64,000 nt of DNA, taken from assembly GCA_964472415.1 (NCBI GenBank), contig CAYYLC010000002.1, forward strand, positions 96,470 through 160,469, given 5' to 3'. The DNA comes from an uncultured Gammaproteobacteria bacterium. Its GTDB lineage: Bacteria; Patescibacteriota; Microgenomatia; Levybacterales; GWA1-39-11. Below the pieces are notes generated by a model. That model saw only the letters and a list, made by a program, of their open reading frames with translations. It made no database searches and was not told the origin of the DNA. The translations under genes were made by a program, and so were the position numbers. This document shows, piece by piece, positions 18,694 through 29,500 of the stretch; the first letter of the stretch is position 1, and every line of letters begins with the position of its first letter.

Positions 18694-19836
18694 TTAACAC
18701 GCAACTTTTGTACTCTTGCAATACTGACAACGATCAAGCAATTTATTATATGGCCTTTTGTTTTCTTTCCTACAAGAGGGACACTTGAAGTTTCTTTCAC
18801 CGTACTTATCACTTCCTACCCCAAATTCAATAACACTAAATGGAGAACTGCTCGCCTCTCTAGAGACATTATACCCACCAGACAGCCCACATCCCGCACT
18901 TACCACCTTCACTTCCTGATATCCATAATATTCAATATCTTGCTGCTCATCATAATCGTCATAAAAATTTATTGATGCTCTAAAATTTTCTAAACCATCC
19001 CCTTGAATACCTCTGGCTATCACATCTGCTTTGTTGAGCACTGCGTTATACAAAATCCGATGCTCTTGAGTAAAATCAGGCCGTTCCACGACAGCTTCTG
19101 CATATCTCTCTATTAAACAAGAAACGTTTTCTTTAATAAGAGTAAACGTCTCCTCATCCATGTGTTCATGTTCTTTATATAAATAAAATTTCAAATCGTC
19201 TGGAGTCAAGGTGTTTTCTATCGCAATAGGATTTTCTAAAAAATATGCACCAGGATCATCAAAGTCTATTGCAATCTCTGCAAATGCAGAAATTTTTTCT
19301 CCATATTCTTCAATAGAGAGACCTGAACTAACCCTCTGACTCTCTACGTACACTTCGCCACTCTCCTGTATTTTTTTTGTATGAATATCAATAAAATTAT
19401 GGCTATACGTAGAGCCTTCTAGCCCCGGAGGAGAAACGGAAAGCATCATAGTACCTATTGGCGTATCCTCATCTGTCATTACGTCCTGGATCTTTTTAAA
19501 TCCAATAACCTCTGCATCCTCTCTTCGATAATCGATGCTACTCCCATACTCTCTCCTATAGTCTCTGCCGCGCTTCAGAGATTGCATAAATGGCTCACCC
19601 ATATCTTTCCCCCACAATTCCCCATCTCGCACATCATAACTATAAGTACTCAAAATCACGTTATACCGCTCAGAAAGATTCGTCACCATCTGGTCTTTGT
19701 TATAAGAAACTAATTCATTTTTTTTCCGCTGATAATCTTCAAGCGAAGCAGCCTCTGCAAGGCCCTCTTGAGCTCTTTTTACATCAAGGGCTACATCATA
19801 GTTTCGTAATACTTCTACCATTATCGTTTCTTCCAA
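18694..19836 (-). CDS. Hypothetical protein with C-terminal zinc ribbon
   Basis: 380 aa. C-terminus FKCPSCRKENKRPYNKLLDRCQYCKSTKVAC. Confidence 0.5.
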   Translation of the reverse strand: MEETIMVEVLRNYDVALDVKRAQEGLAEAASLEDYQRKKNELVSYNKDQMVTNLSERYNVILSTYSYDVRDGELWGKDMGEPFMQSLKRGRDYRREYGSSIDYRREDAEVIGFKKIQDVMTDEDTPIGTMMLSVSPPGLEGSTYSHNFIDIHTKKIQESGEVYVESQRVSSGLSIEEYGEKISAFAEIAIDFDDPGAYFLENPIAIENTLTPDDLKFYLYKEHEHMDEETFTLIKENVSCLIERYAEAVVERPDFTQEHRILYNAVLNKADVIARGIQGDGLENFRASINFYDDYDEQQDIEYYGYQEVKVVSAGCGLSGGYNVSREASSSPFSVIEFGVGSDKYGERNFKCPSCRKENKRPYNKLLDRCQYCKSTKVAC

Positions 19837-20375
19837 ATAGTCTCTGCCTTATCTTCTCCATGATTGACATATCTACTCATCGTAAAAAACAAATCAGACA
19901 ATCGGTTTACATATTGCACCACGTCACCGTCTACTCTCTCTTTTTTAATAAGTGCTACAAGCTTTCTTTCTGCCCTTCTACTAACTGCACGTGCAAGCTG
20001 TAGATGTGCACCAACAAGCGATCCGCCCGGGAGAATAAAATTCTCTAACACAGGAAGCTTTTCTGTCATTTCATCAATTTGGGCCTCTAAATCTATCGTG
20101 TGCTCTGATAAATGCAGCACTAATTCTTTATTTGCTGGATTTGCAAGATATGATCCGATACAAAATAAATCATTTTGGATTATTATTATAATCTCCAGAA
20201 AATGCCGCGCGTATTTTCTATTCACCAAACCAAGCTCTGCCGCAATCACTCCTAGTAACGCATTTAATTCATCAATCGTTCCATAACTTTCCACCCGCCT
20301 ACTGTCCTTCCAAATTCGAACGCCGCTCCCCAACGAAGTCCGGCCTTTGTCCCCCTTTTTTGTATAAATTGCCAT
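19821..20375 (-). CDS. PduO-type ATP:cob(I)alamin adenosyltransferase
   Basis: MAIYTKKGDKGRTSL...ESYGTIDELNALLG N-terminal signature of PduO/MMAB. Start trimmed to the Met preceded by a GGGGAGG RBS. Confidence 0.75.
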   Translation of the reverse strand: MAIYTKKGDKGRTSLGSGVRIWKDSRRVESYGTIDELNALLGVIAAELGLVNRKYARHFLEIIIIIQNDLFCIGSYLANPANKELVLHLSEHTIDLEAQIDEMTEKLPVLENFILPGGSLVGAHLQLARAVSRRAERKLVALIKKERVDGDVVQYVNRLSDLFFTMSRYVNHGEDKAETIWKKR

Positions 20376-20533
20376 AAAAAAAACCTCCCCATTACTCGAG
20401 AAGGTCACAAAAATTTGTGCTTGCTCGAGCAAAAATAGTTAATTAGTTTTCCGTCTGTACGGTAGCGGCACTGAGAGGGAATTTTCGCTTCATTGTAAAA
20501 CGCGAGTCACCCTACTTACCTAAATTAACTAAA
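20376..20533 (-). promoter_or_regulatory. Structured intergenic leader/terminator region with nested palindromes
   Basis: Perfect 12-nt palindrome TTGCTCGAGCAA (20421-20432), a second CTCGAG at 20395-20400, and an inner CACAAA/TTTGTG inverted repeat. On the minus strand the stem is followed by a GGGGAGG RBS and a U-run. Confidence 0.3.
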
Positions 20534-22918
20534 CTAACATTCAGCATGACCACATGCATAGCATTTGGCACAGCCTTCTTCATGTACAAAACTTGCAGAT
20601 CCACACTCCGGACAAATATCTCCGTGAGCAACTTCTTCAGAAATTGGTGAAATCATCTGTGCTGTAGATTGCATGCCTCCTGATTCTCCAAGTGGCATAT
20701 CTACTGGGTTTGAAGATTGTTTTTTTAATGCACCATTTCCATTCCCACTTGCCTGTTTTCCATCTGGATATTTATCTTCAATTCTTCCATTCACCTTGAA
20801 TTCATACACTTCAGCAAGAGTTTTTGCGACTGCGTCTGGAAGAGACCTCACTCTATTTTCTCCAAACCCTACACTTCGCTGCCCACCTATTCCGATAAGC
20901 TGCGCAACAATTTGCCGCATACGTTCACGATGCTCGATAGGGCTCTGCATCCGGAGAACGAGAGAGATTACGCGTCCTAAAGCCTCCGCCATCGCCGACA
21001 CATCAGATCCTGATTTTCCCATTGTCATAAAAAGCTCAAATGGATTCCCATTTTCATCCTGATTTATTGTTACAAAAGTATTCCCGAGTGGTGTTTTCTT
21101 CTCTACAGTAAACCCCTGCAACATCGATGGTCGTTTCAGAATCGGCTGCTTTTTTACCTCTTCTTCTTGCTTTTTCTCATCAACACGCTCCAGGACTCCT
21201 TGGCGAGATCCATCTCGCATATAGGTAATTCCTTTCAGTCCCATATCATAAGCAAGCATGTAGAGTGTTTTTACATCTTCAATAGTATGGGCATTCGGCG
21301 CATTTACAGTTTTTGAGATTGATGAATCGATATATTTTTGCGCGACAGCCTGCACCTTTGCATGTTCAATTGGCGTTAGGTCATTTGCAGAAACGAAGTA
21401 CTCAGGAATCTCTCTTTCTGGATTTGCCTTTTTCCACTCCTCAAATAATGGATGATATATTGTCTCTTCTCCACCGCGCCATCTCCTTTTGAAAACGAAT
21501 TCATATACTGGTTCAATGCCTGACGACACTCCAGAAACAAGGCTCGTAGTGCCAGTTGGCGCAATAGTAAGCAATACTGCATTACGGATTCCTTGTGCTT
21601 CAATTTTTTCTCTAATTTTCTTCGGGAGTGCTTTTATATGATATCCTTGGAGGTATTTATCTTTCTCAAATTTTGGGAACGAGCCCTTTTCTTTTGCAAT
21701 ATCACTTGACGCTTCATACGCACTATCTCTCAATGTTTTAAATATCTTTTCAATCTCCCCCTGCGCCTCTTCGCTCCCATACCGAAGCTCAAGCTTAATT
21801 AGTGTATCTGCAAGACCCATGATCCCCAATCCGGTTCTCCTAATTTCCTTCGCACATTTCTCGTTCTCTTTGAAAAAATAATACGTATCATCAATAACAT
21901 TATCCAAAAGCCTCATAGCAACTTTTACGTCTTGTGAAAAGCTTTCGTAATCAAACTTTCGATCTTTTACGTATTGTGACAAATTCATCGCACCCAAATT
22001 ACACACTGCCCATCCTGATAACGGCTGCTCTCCACACGGATTTGTTGCAATAAGCTTTTCAAAATACCATGTGTTTGACTGCTTGTTTGAGCGCTCGAGA
22101 AAGTGGAGTCCAGGTTCGGCACTCTTCCACGCTGCTGTACAAATTTTGTCCCACAACTCACGAGCTTTTACTGTTTTATATACTTTTACTTCTTTTCCCA
22201 ACTCTCTCCATGAACTCAAGTCTCCATCCCACTTCTCATCATAATCCGGATCAGTAAGATCTGGATACAGCAAATCCCAATCACCATCTTCTTTCACCGC
22301 TTTCATAAATCCATCTGATACACAAACCGATAAATTTGCACCATTTATCTTTGTAAGATCCTCTTTTACTGTAATAAACTCTTCTACATCTGGATGCCAA
22401 TCCCACAACATAAGCATCGTTGCACCACGACGAGTCCCCCCTTGTTGCACCACGTCATGCGTTGCATAAGAGAACAGCCCCGCCCAGGTGACAGGGCCAG
22501 ACGAGGTGCCATTCACTTTCTTAACCCGGGCGCCTCTGGGACGCAAAGACGAAAGATTAAGTCCAACTCCACCAGACCTACTCTGAATTTCAACTAATTG
22601 CTTCAGGCTGTCAATAATACCTTCTCGGGAATCTTTCGGGGATGGAATAACAAAACAATTAAAATAAGTTACTTCGTACTCAGTTCCTGCACCAGAGAGG
22701 ATGCGCCCTCCAGGGACAAATTTAAAATCGGCAAGGACATCATAAAACTTTACCTCCCATCGCTCTCTATCTTTTGCCTTCTCTTGACTGGCAATACCTC
22801 GAGCAACGCGTCGCCACATCTGTTCAGGAGTAGTCTCGAGCAAGCTTCCATCCTTATCTTTAAGGGCGTATCTATCTAAAAATACTTTTTTTCGAATTCC
22901 GTCTAGCTGTGTATCCAT
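20534..22918 (-). CDS. nrdJ: Adenosylcobalamin-dependent ribonucleotide reductase, class II
   Basis: 794 aa. NPCGEQPL active-site region. C-terminal zinc-ribbon tail CPECGSASFVHEEGCAKCYACGHAEC. Immediately downstream of nrdR. Confidence 0.7.
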   Translation of the reverse strand: MDTQLDGIRKKVFLDRYALKDKDGSLLETTPEQMWRRVARGIASQEKAKDRERWEVKFYDVLADFKFVPGGRILSGAGTEYEVTYFNCFVIPSPKDSREGIIDSLKQLVEIQSRSGGVGLNLSSLRPRGARVKKVNGTSSGPVTWAGLFSYATHDVVQQGGTRRGATMLMLWDWHPDVEEFITVKEDLTKINGANLSVCVSDGFMKAVKEDGDWDLLYPDLTDPDYDEKWDGDLSSWRELGKEVKVYKTVKARELWDKICTAAWKSAEPGLHFLERSNKQSNTWYFEKLIATNPCGEQPLSGWAVCNLGAMNLSQYVKDRKFDYESFSQDVKVAMRLLDNVIDDTYYFFKENEKCAKEIRRTGLGIMGLADTLIKLELRYGSEEAQGEIEKIFKTLRDSAYEASSDIAKEKGSFPKFEKDKYLQGYHIKALPKKIREKIEAQGIRNAVLLTIAPTGTTSLVSGVSSGIEPVYEFVFKRRWRGGEETIYHPLFEEWKKANPEREIPEYFVSANDLTPIEHAKVQAVAQKYIDSSISKTVNAPNAHTIEDVKTLYMLAYDMGLKGITYMRDGSRQGVLERVDEKKQEEEVKKQPILKRPSMLQGFTVEKKTPLGNTFVTINQDENGNPFELFMTMGKSGSDVSAMAEALGRVISLVLRMQSPIEHRERMRQIVAQLIGIGGQRSVGFGENRVRSLPDAVAKTLAEVYEFKVNGRIEDKYPDGKQASGNGNGALKKQSSNPVDMPLGESGGMQSTAQMISPISEEVAHGDICPECGSASFVHEEGCAKCYACGHAEC

Positions 22919-22919
22919 A

Positions 22920-23372
22920 TTATTTTTTGATTAATTTTTTAACTTCTTTCTCAAAATCTTCAACATCCACAAAATGCTTAAAAACGCTGGCAAATCGAAT
23001 GTAGGCAACCTTATCAAGTTTTTTGAGCCTCTGTGCAACGGCCTGCCCAATTTTTGAACTTTCTATCTCGACTGACTCTCTCCCGCGTAAATCTCGTTCT
23101 ACCGCATCTACTATATCTTCTACGTGCTCTGGGGTTACGGTGGTCTTTTCTACAGACTTTAAAATCCCTCCTTTTAGCTTTTCACGATTAAATTGTTCAG
23201 CCTTACTGCCTTTCTTCCTCACAATCAACGTCACATTCTCCACGCGCTCATAGGTCGTAAAACGCTTCCGACACGAACAACAAAGTCTTCGTCTTCGGAT
23301 ATTGTTTCGTTCATCAGAAACTCGAGTCTCGACTACTTCGGTTTGATCGCTGTTACAGTATGGACAATGCAT
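22920..23372 (-). CDS. nrdR: Transcriptional repressor NrdR
   Basis: MHCPYCNSDQTEVVETRVSDERNNIRRRRLCCSCRKRFTTYERVE zinc ribbon plus ATP cone. Confidence 0.85.
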   Translation of the reverse strand: MHCPYCNSDQTEVVETRVSDERNNIRRRRLCCSCRKRFTTYERVENVTLIVRKKGSKAEQFNREKLKGGILKSVEKTTVTPEHVEDIVDAVERDLRGRESVEIESSKIGQAVAQRLKKLDKVAYIRFASVFKHFVDVEDFEKEVKKLIKK

Positions 23373-23469
23373 ATTAAAAATTAAAAAGGGTTGTAATTGC
23401 AGCAGAAATATTATAAAAGTCTAGCAATTCCTTCTGCCACTTTCTTACTCACCGCAACTTGTAAAAGAA

Positions 23470-23508
23470 CTGTATTTAGTGTCGCAATCCATCGTAGTAC
23501 ACTAAATC
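23470..23508. promoter_or_regulatory. 9-bp perfect inverted repeat ATTTAGTGT-N16-ACACTAAAT upstream of nrdR (NrdR-box-like)
   Basis: Seen directly, ~100-135 nt upstream of the nrdR start. Each half resembles the acaCwAtATaTwGtgt NrdR-box half-site. Confidence 0.3.
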
Positions 23509-23649
23509 GGCTCCGTCAACTATTATTTTCTATATCAAAACTGAGCAAAGTATTATTTGAACGTGGGCAATTTTATAAAAAAATTTTCTGCTTAACCTTG
23601 TACTTTTTCTGTACAAAACAAACGGATCTCCTTGTCTCTATAGCTTAAT

Positions 23650-24210
23650 TTAATTTACCAATTTCTCAAACTCTTCGAGGCGCTCCGACTCAAGATCCAC
23701 TCTATTCTCCAAACTTTCTGAGATGTGAGGGACAAGTTGTCGTGAAACAACCTGTTGATGCTTTTTCACAGAAGTATGGAGAGATCCTTGCATTGAATGA
23801 ATATCTCTGCCTTTTTCTTTTGCACGATCAAGCGCTAAGATCGCCTCGTGAAAATAATTATTACTTTTTGAAAGTGTATCCACTGCCAATTCTTCTTTCC
23901 CTTTTTCTACTAAAAGTACTGCTGCATAGATTCGCTTGTCAGAAGTGAGGAGGTTAAATTCGGCGCGTTTAATCGGGTCAGTTATTAAAAAACTTACAAC
24001 CCTATCTCTTATAGTTTTTAAAAAGTAAAGCGGATTATCTGGAAGCATGCCCGGATAAGGCAACTCATACTGTACAAATATCTCAGCAGAATCTGAGGCA
24101 CTTTCGGGCTCTGAATGATCGTGTCCTGGATGCGAAAACACAAAACCAACTGAAAAGGAGAAAAATAATAGCGTAAGAAACGAAATAAAACTAGCCCTAA
24201 CCATGTTCAC
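23650..24210 (-). CDS. Secreted hypothetical protein
   Basis: N-terminal signal peptide MNMVRASFISFLTLLFFSFSVGFVFS. Acidic helical remainder. Confidence 0.45.
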   Translation of the reverse strand: MNMVRASFISFLTLLFFSFSVGFVFSHPGHDHSEPESASDSAEIFVQYELPYPGMLPDNPLYFLKTIRDRVVSFLITDPIKRAEFNLLTSDKRIYAAVLLVEKGKEELAVDTLSKSNNYFHEAILALDRAKEKGRDIHSMQGSLHTSVKKHQQVVSRQLVPHISESLENRVDLESERLEEFEKLVN

Positions 24211-24306
24211 TTATAGTACTCTCACCTTCAAATAATGTCAAGAAAATTATGTACTGAAAACTTGATTTTCGTACTCATAAATTGTCATACTGAAATATAG
24301 GCTTAT

Positions 24307-26442
24307 ATGAAAAAGGCGGTTATACTATTCGCGCTTTTTATCAGCGCACTCTTTTATCTTACGAGGGGAAATATCTCCTTTGCCCAATCATATGCTGATC
24401 AAGTTGCGACAGCATCCTCCAACACTGGTAGCCCGCAAACGCTTCCTCTGAACACGAACCCTGATGTGCCTCAAAATCTCTCAACGTATACACAAAGTGT
24501 TTTTATCGAGCTACTGGGCACTGCATCGTGTTTTTTGGGCGGGAAAAATATTATATATGGAGACACGAAATGCCTCGGAATAGATCCTGAGACAAAAAAA
24601 CTTACCTATGTAGAGGATTCCGGAGGTCTCACCGGCATGATGGGAGACATGATCGCCTATACATTTTCTATCCCAGCGTCTTCGTCTGACTATGTGAGAT
24701 ATATTGCGGGTAATTTCGGAATCGCACAAGACACAACCGCCCAGGAAGCTGAAGGGGAAGTAGGCCTCACAAAAGGAGCCGGATTTGACCAGCTCAGACC
24801 GATCCTGCCACTCTGGACCACCATGAGAAACCTCACCTACCTTATGTTTGTGATTGTATTTATCATCCTCGGACTGGGAATCATGTTCCGCCTTCAAATA
24901 GACCCGCGGGCGGTTATGACTATCCAAAGCCAGATCCCGAAAATTGTTATCGCACTCGTTCTAATCACGTTCTCGTATGCCATCGCTGGATTTTTTGTCG
25001 ACATGATGTACCTCTCGCTCTACCTTATTATTGATATCTTTAGCGCTCATGGCATTGAAAAAACCGCATCACTTGCTGGAAATCCACTGGAAGCAGTAGG
25101 CGGAGTTGGCGGCATCGGTGGAATTTCGTGGGACGCCTCAAAAGGAGTCGCAGGAGTTATGAGCAACCTTTTTGATGGAAATACTTTCGCAGAAGTGATT
25201 CGATTTATTATTAATTCAGTCGCCGGAACGCTTTTGGGTGGTGCCATCGGCATGGTCGGGGGTCCCGTAGGAATGATCGTAGGAGGATTGATAGGCGGCA
25301 TTGGAGGAAATCTTCTAGGATTTATTCCTGGCTTAGGAGATCCGTTCACGCTTATTATTGGAGGGGTTGCCTGGCTTATTATCGTCATCGCGATGCTTAC
25401 CGCGCTCTTTCGACTCTGGTTTATCCTGATAAAAACATACATATTTATTCTTGTAAATATTATATTTGCGCCATTTTATATTTTATTTGGGCTCTTCCCC
25501 GGAAGCTCGCTCTCATTTGGCGGATGGGTCCGCTCATTAGTATCAAATTTAGCGGCATTTCCAGTTGTGCTGATGCTTTTTACGCTCGGGAAGGCGCTGC
25601 AGGATGGATTTATTGAGAGTCCTGGCGGATTCACTCCACCCTATGTCGGAGACCCAGGAGACATGAAGATATTTGCAGGACTCATCGGTCTGGGGATTAT
25701 TTTACTCGCACCAGAGGCAGTAAATATGACCAAGTCTATCTTTAAGGCTCCAGACTTCAAGTTTGGCGGTGCGATCGGACAGCCGCTCGGAACAGGACAA
25801 AAGATTGTCGGTAAGACACTGAGCGGAACCAAGAATGCCCTCTGGCATACAAATCCGTACACGAATGAGCCAAGCAGATTTAAGGCCGCAGTAAAAGAAC
25901 AATTCGGCGCAGGAACTGACAAGATTCCCGGCGTACGCAAGGTAAAGGATAAGTTTAATCAAAGATTTCCTTCATATAAAGCTCGACAGCAAGCAAGGGC
26001 AGATACAGCAGCAAAAAGAACCCAGGCAATAGAAAGAGAGTCTGAAAGGCTGAAAACAGAACATCCAGACTGGGGTACAGATCAAATAAGAGAAGATGCT
26101 GAGCGAAGAGTTAGTGAGAATGAGAAAAAAGAACAAGCAGAACAAAAAAACAAAAGCCTCGTGAGAAGAACTCTCCGAAAGGTCATAAGAAGAGGAGAAG
26201 GCGCTCAGCAAGGCGAAGACGAGACAACAACGGCTCCACCCCCATCAGGGCATCAACCTTCCGCCTCACCACATGCATGGAATAAGGAAGATCTTGATCG
26301 ATCAGTTGAAGAAGAATTTAAAAAACGGACAGCTGGTCAACCATACCTTAGCGCCACCGATAAAACACAGCTCCGCATAAATATCCGGGAAGAATTAATA
26401 AAGCGTGGACCAGACACTGACGACACTAGTGGAACCTCCTAA
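24307..26442 (+). CDS. VirB6/TrbL-like polytopic membrane protein (putative T4SS channel component)
   Basis: Signal peptide, ~170-aa exodomain, at least 6 TM helices with glycine-zipper runs (GGAIGMVGGPVGMIVGGLIGGIGGNLLG), and a long charged C-terminal tail, as in ConG/TcpH/TrbL. Confidence 0.45.
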   Translation: MKKAVILFALFISALFYLTRGNISFAQSYADQVATASSNTGSPQTLPLNTNPDVPQNLSTYTQSVFIELLGTASCFLGGKNIIYGDTKCLGIDPETKKLTYVEDSGGLTGMMGDMIAYTFSIPASSSDYVRYIAGNFGIAQDTTAQEAEGEVGLTKGAGFDQLRPILPLWTTMRNLTYLMFVIVFIILGLGIMFRLQIDPRAVMTIQSQIPKIVIALVLITFSYAIAGFFVDMMYLSLYLIIDIFSAHGIEKTASLAGNPLEAVGGVGGIGGISWDASKGVAGVMSNLFDGNTFAEVIRFIINSVAGTLLGGAIGMVGGPVGMIVGGLIGGIGGNLLGFIPGLGDPFTLIIGGVAWLIIVIAMLTALFRLWFILIKTYIFILVNIIFAPFYILFGLFPGSSLSFGGWVRSLVSNLAAFPVVLMLFTLGKALQDGFIESPGGFTPPYVGDPGDMKIFAGLIGLGIILLAPEAVNMTKSIFKAPDFKFGGAIGQPLGTGQKIVGKTLSGTKNALWHTNPYTNEPSRFKAAVKEQFGAGTDKIPGVRKVKDKFNQRFPSYKARQQARADTAAKRTQAIERESERLKTEHPDWGTDQIREDAERRVSENEKKEQAEQKNKSLVRRTLRKVIRRGEGAQQGEDETTTAPPPSGHQPSASPHAWNKEDLDRSVEEEFKKRTAGQPYLSATDKTQLRINIREELIKRGPDTDDTSGTS

Positions 26443-26516
26443 AGAAAGAGGATCAGGTGCCTAGTGACCAAACAGAAAACGCGGAAAATCGATTTGGCGG
26501 AGGGTTCAATACTTTT

Positions 26517-29500
26517 TTAGTCGAACAGGTCATCAAACACATCATCGATAAATATCATAAATGCCGCAGGAAGAACCTCTACTGCTATGTCACCCATGCT
26601 ATGAAGCGCATCCTCCCGGAATAAGTGCCACCGCGTAGTATTTGAGTGCTTCCTGATCCACTCAATATCTTCTTCAGAGAAAAACTGAGAATTTGGGATT
26701 TCAATCTCTTTTCCAGTTGCTGGATCCTCTATATATTGTGGCATAGACCGAAGCGCCTGATAAAATTTTCTTATCGTATGCGCATCCCACCGATCATCAA
26801 CGCTCGCCCTATTCCGGTGCGCCTTGAGCTGCGCTGCAAGCCCGGCCCGGCAGACATTTTTTAAAATTCTTGTTCGCGCATCCTGAGAGTTAAGATATCC
26901 TGCAAACGTTCCATGTTTTTCTTTTGGATTATACTCACCATCCCCTGTCCAAGCCCTTTTTTCTTTTTCATTTCCATCTTCATCTGCTGCCTTATACTTT
27001 AGTTTCCCTGCATACCAATCACGTCGAATAGAACCGATCACTACATCTCCGAACATCGCTTCTGCAAGATACATATCTTTATACTCATATTTTTCGCTTC
27101 CGTCTTTTACCGTACCGTCTTTATTAAATTCCACCGCAGTTCGCACTCTCATGCGCGTTAAAGCTCCATAATTTATCGCGTTGTTTGAAGAAAACGCATA
27201 TCGTCTTTTTTTAATAAATGTATCTTTTACGATTTCCTCAAATTTTGCCCTATCAAATTTCAAAACGCCCCAGTCATTTCGCTTTATGATTTCGTTAAAT
27301 TTGATGTCCTCTGTATCTAACACATCATGCCACACTTCTGACTGACGCTTAATACCGTTTGCTGCCCAGTCAGACTGTGTAAATCGAGGAAATCGCAGTA
27401 CATCGTATAACGCATCTTTCTGCTGCACGAGCCGCTCCTTCAAAGCTTTTTGTTCATCAGTTAAATTTTCATCCTTCGGCAAGCTATAGAGCTGAATATT
27501 TACCTTGTGAATATTGTCAAATACTTCCTGCACTGACTCGCCTGACTCTGTTCGTATCGCAAGCCACATATCAGGAGATAGCATTCGAAATATCTGCATA
27601 TCCTCAGGATTTCCGATAGGACCCGATGTTCTGGAGCCAGATTGACGCTCTCGATAGTACTGCATATACATTTTCGTCCATGCGTCATATCCTCGATAGT
27701 TCGTATCATTTCGCGCAGCAACTCCACTCCACCGTTGCTCCGACCAGGAGTTAATTTCTGCCCATTCCAAATTAATTCGTGACAGTTTTCGGTATTCCTC
27801 CACTGATAAATCTTGCCCATGCCTCTTTTTAAACTTTTCATATTGAGCCTTATCAGATCCTGTATGAAAACCCACAATTTTTGCAGCGGTTTGTTTTACA
27901 ATTTCTCGTACCAACACCTCACTCGTCTCTTCAGGGTTTGCCGATGGGAAAAAATTCAAATATTTTATAAGCGCTTTATCACTCGTTAATTTCCCATTTT
28001 CATCAAAAATAACTGTCCTGATTTTTGTTTGGGGGTCTATGTGATAAATCTTTTCACCTTCAAACCGATAATTTCCGTATTCGGTAAGCTCTTCGTCAAA
28101 ATCCATCCCCTTTATTGCCCGCACTGCATCACGAAAACCTTTTGCTGTATACAAAAGCGCATCAGGGGGCAATATGTTTCGTAAATTTTTCTCGTCTGAT
28201 AAATTTCTATATATTTGATTCATTATAAGAAGCGAGTCTCCTACTCTATTGTCTGCCTTTCCATCAGTATCCCTACTATACTCATCTGCCATCCGCAACA
28301 TATTTGCAAGCGTAGAACCAGATGTGTGATCATTCCTCGAATTTATTTCAACCAGCCTGTCAAACAAGTTAGAGTCGCTTGTCATCACCTGCTTATACGC
28401 CAAATCATTATTGCGCCGCACACCAAATAACCACGCCTCATTAATAACCTCGTTATACAAATGCTCTAATACCTGACCAGTATTTGGATCGCTGAAATAT
28501 CGCTGCTTGTTGTATTTCATTTCTACCAAATTAACTGGCCGAAAGAGTGTCTGAATAGCCACTTTGTCTAACGGACTCATGGGGTCATTCGGATTATCAT
28601 AATGAAGCTCAAGCATTTTATTTCTTACCCATTTCAAAAAGTTTTCTTCCTGAAAAATCACTTTTTTAACCTCCATTTTTTCTCGCCTTCCAGTTTCAGG
28701 ATTTATCTTCTCGACCTCTTCTGTTTCATCTTCAGAGCGAGTAAAAAGCGGATACGGCCCATTCGGAGACCAAATTTTCGCATCATCAGTCGCAATAATC
28801 CACAGTGCAAGCTCGCGGATATTTCCCGGCTCGCGCCCAAATATACTTTCATCAGCAAAATCTATATCCTCGTCAAAACTAAAATTCATCCCTCTTCTGT
28901 TTATCTTCTCTCCTCGCGCTAACCTTTTTGCGGCATCTTTCTCTTCTACACTTAGCTGCCTCTCCATCTGCTCTGTTGCTCTATTAAACAATCTAGACAT
29001 AAATTCACTCACATTCTGCTTGTAGCTATACACATTGTCATCATCATTGAGGCCTTCCCACCTTGTTAACTCCTCCTGAATATCTAGTGGATTCTGCCCG
29101 TAAGCTAAATTCGCCAAGTATCGGACATAGTCATCTTTAACATATGCAGCTTTAAAACGCTTAAACGCATCTTCATCATCCTCTGGAATATTTTGAATAC
29201 CCTCTAAAAATTCCTCATAACGCTTTTTTTCCATATTTGGATCTCCATCTGCTCCGCCCTCTATTGGAGGACTCCCTCGCTCAGCAAGGCTTCGAATTGC
29301 CTCTATCTCGTCTTCTGTGAGGTTCCTTTTCTTTTTTATTTCCTCAACCACCTTTTCCCATGCCCTTTTCGCGGCCTTAACACGATCAGGATCTGGAATT
29401 TTCGGAGCATCTTCTTTTTCTTTTCGCTCGATATCTCGCACTAATGCGGATAATCCTTTTTTCACATTGAGAGCCTCCCCGCTCGTAATTTTTCTCAATC

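Noticed and set aside
20376-20533. Possible cobalamin riboswitch next to nrdJ and the adenosyltransferase gene
   Set aside because: It lies downstream of nrdJ rather than upstream. No B12-box (GCCACTG core with flanking conserved GGTGC/GAAGGG elements) could be matched on the minus strand. Only a GGCACTG-like string occurs, on the non-transcribed orientation.
25047-26211. Minus-strand ORFs overlapping the VirB6-like gene
   Set aside because: Antisense to a long TM-rich CDS. Their translations are Pro/Gly-rich mirror artefacts of the glycine-zipper coding strand.
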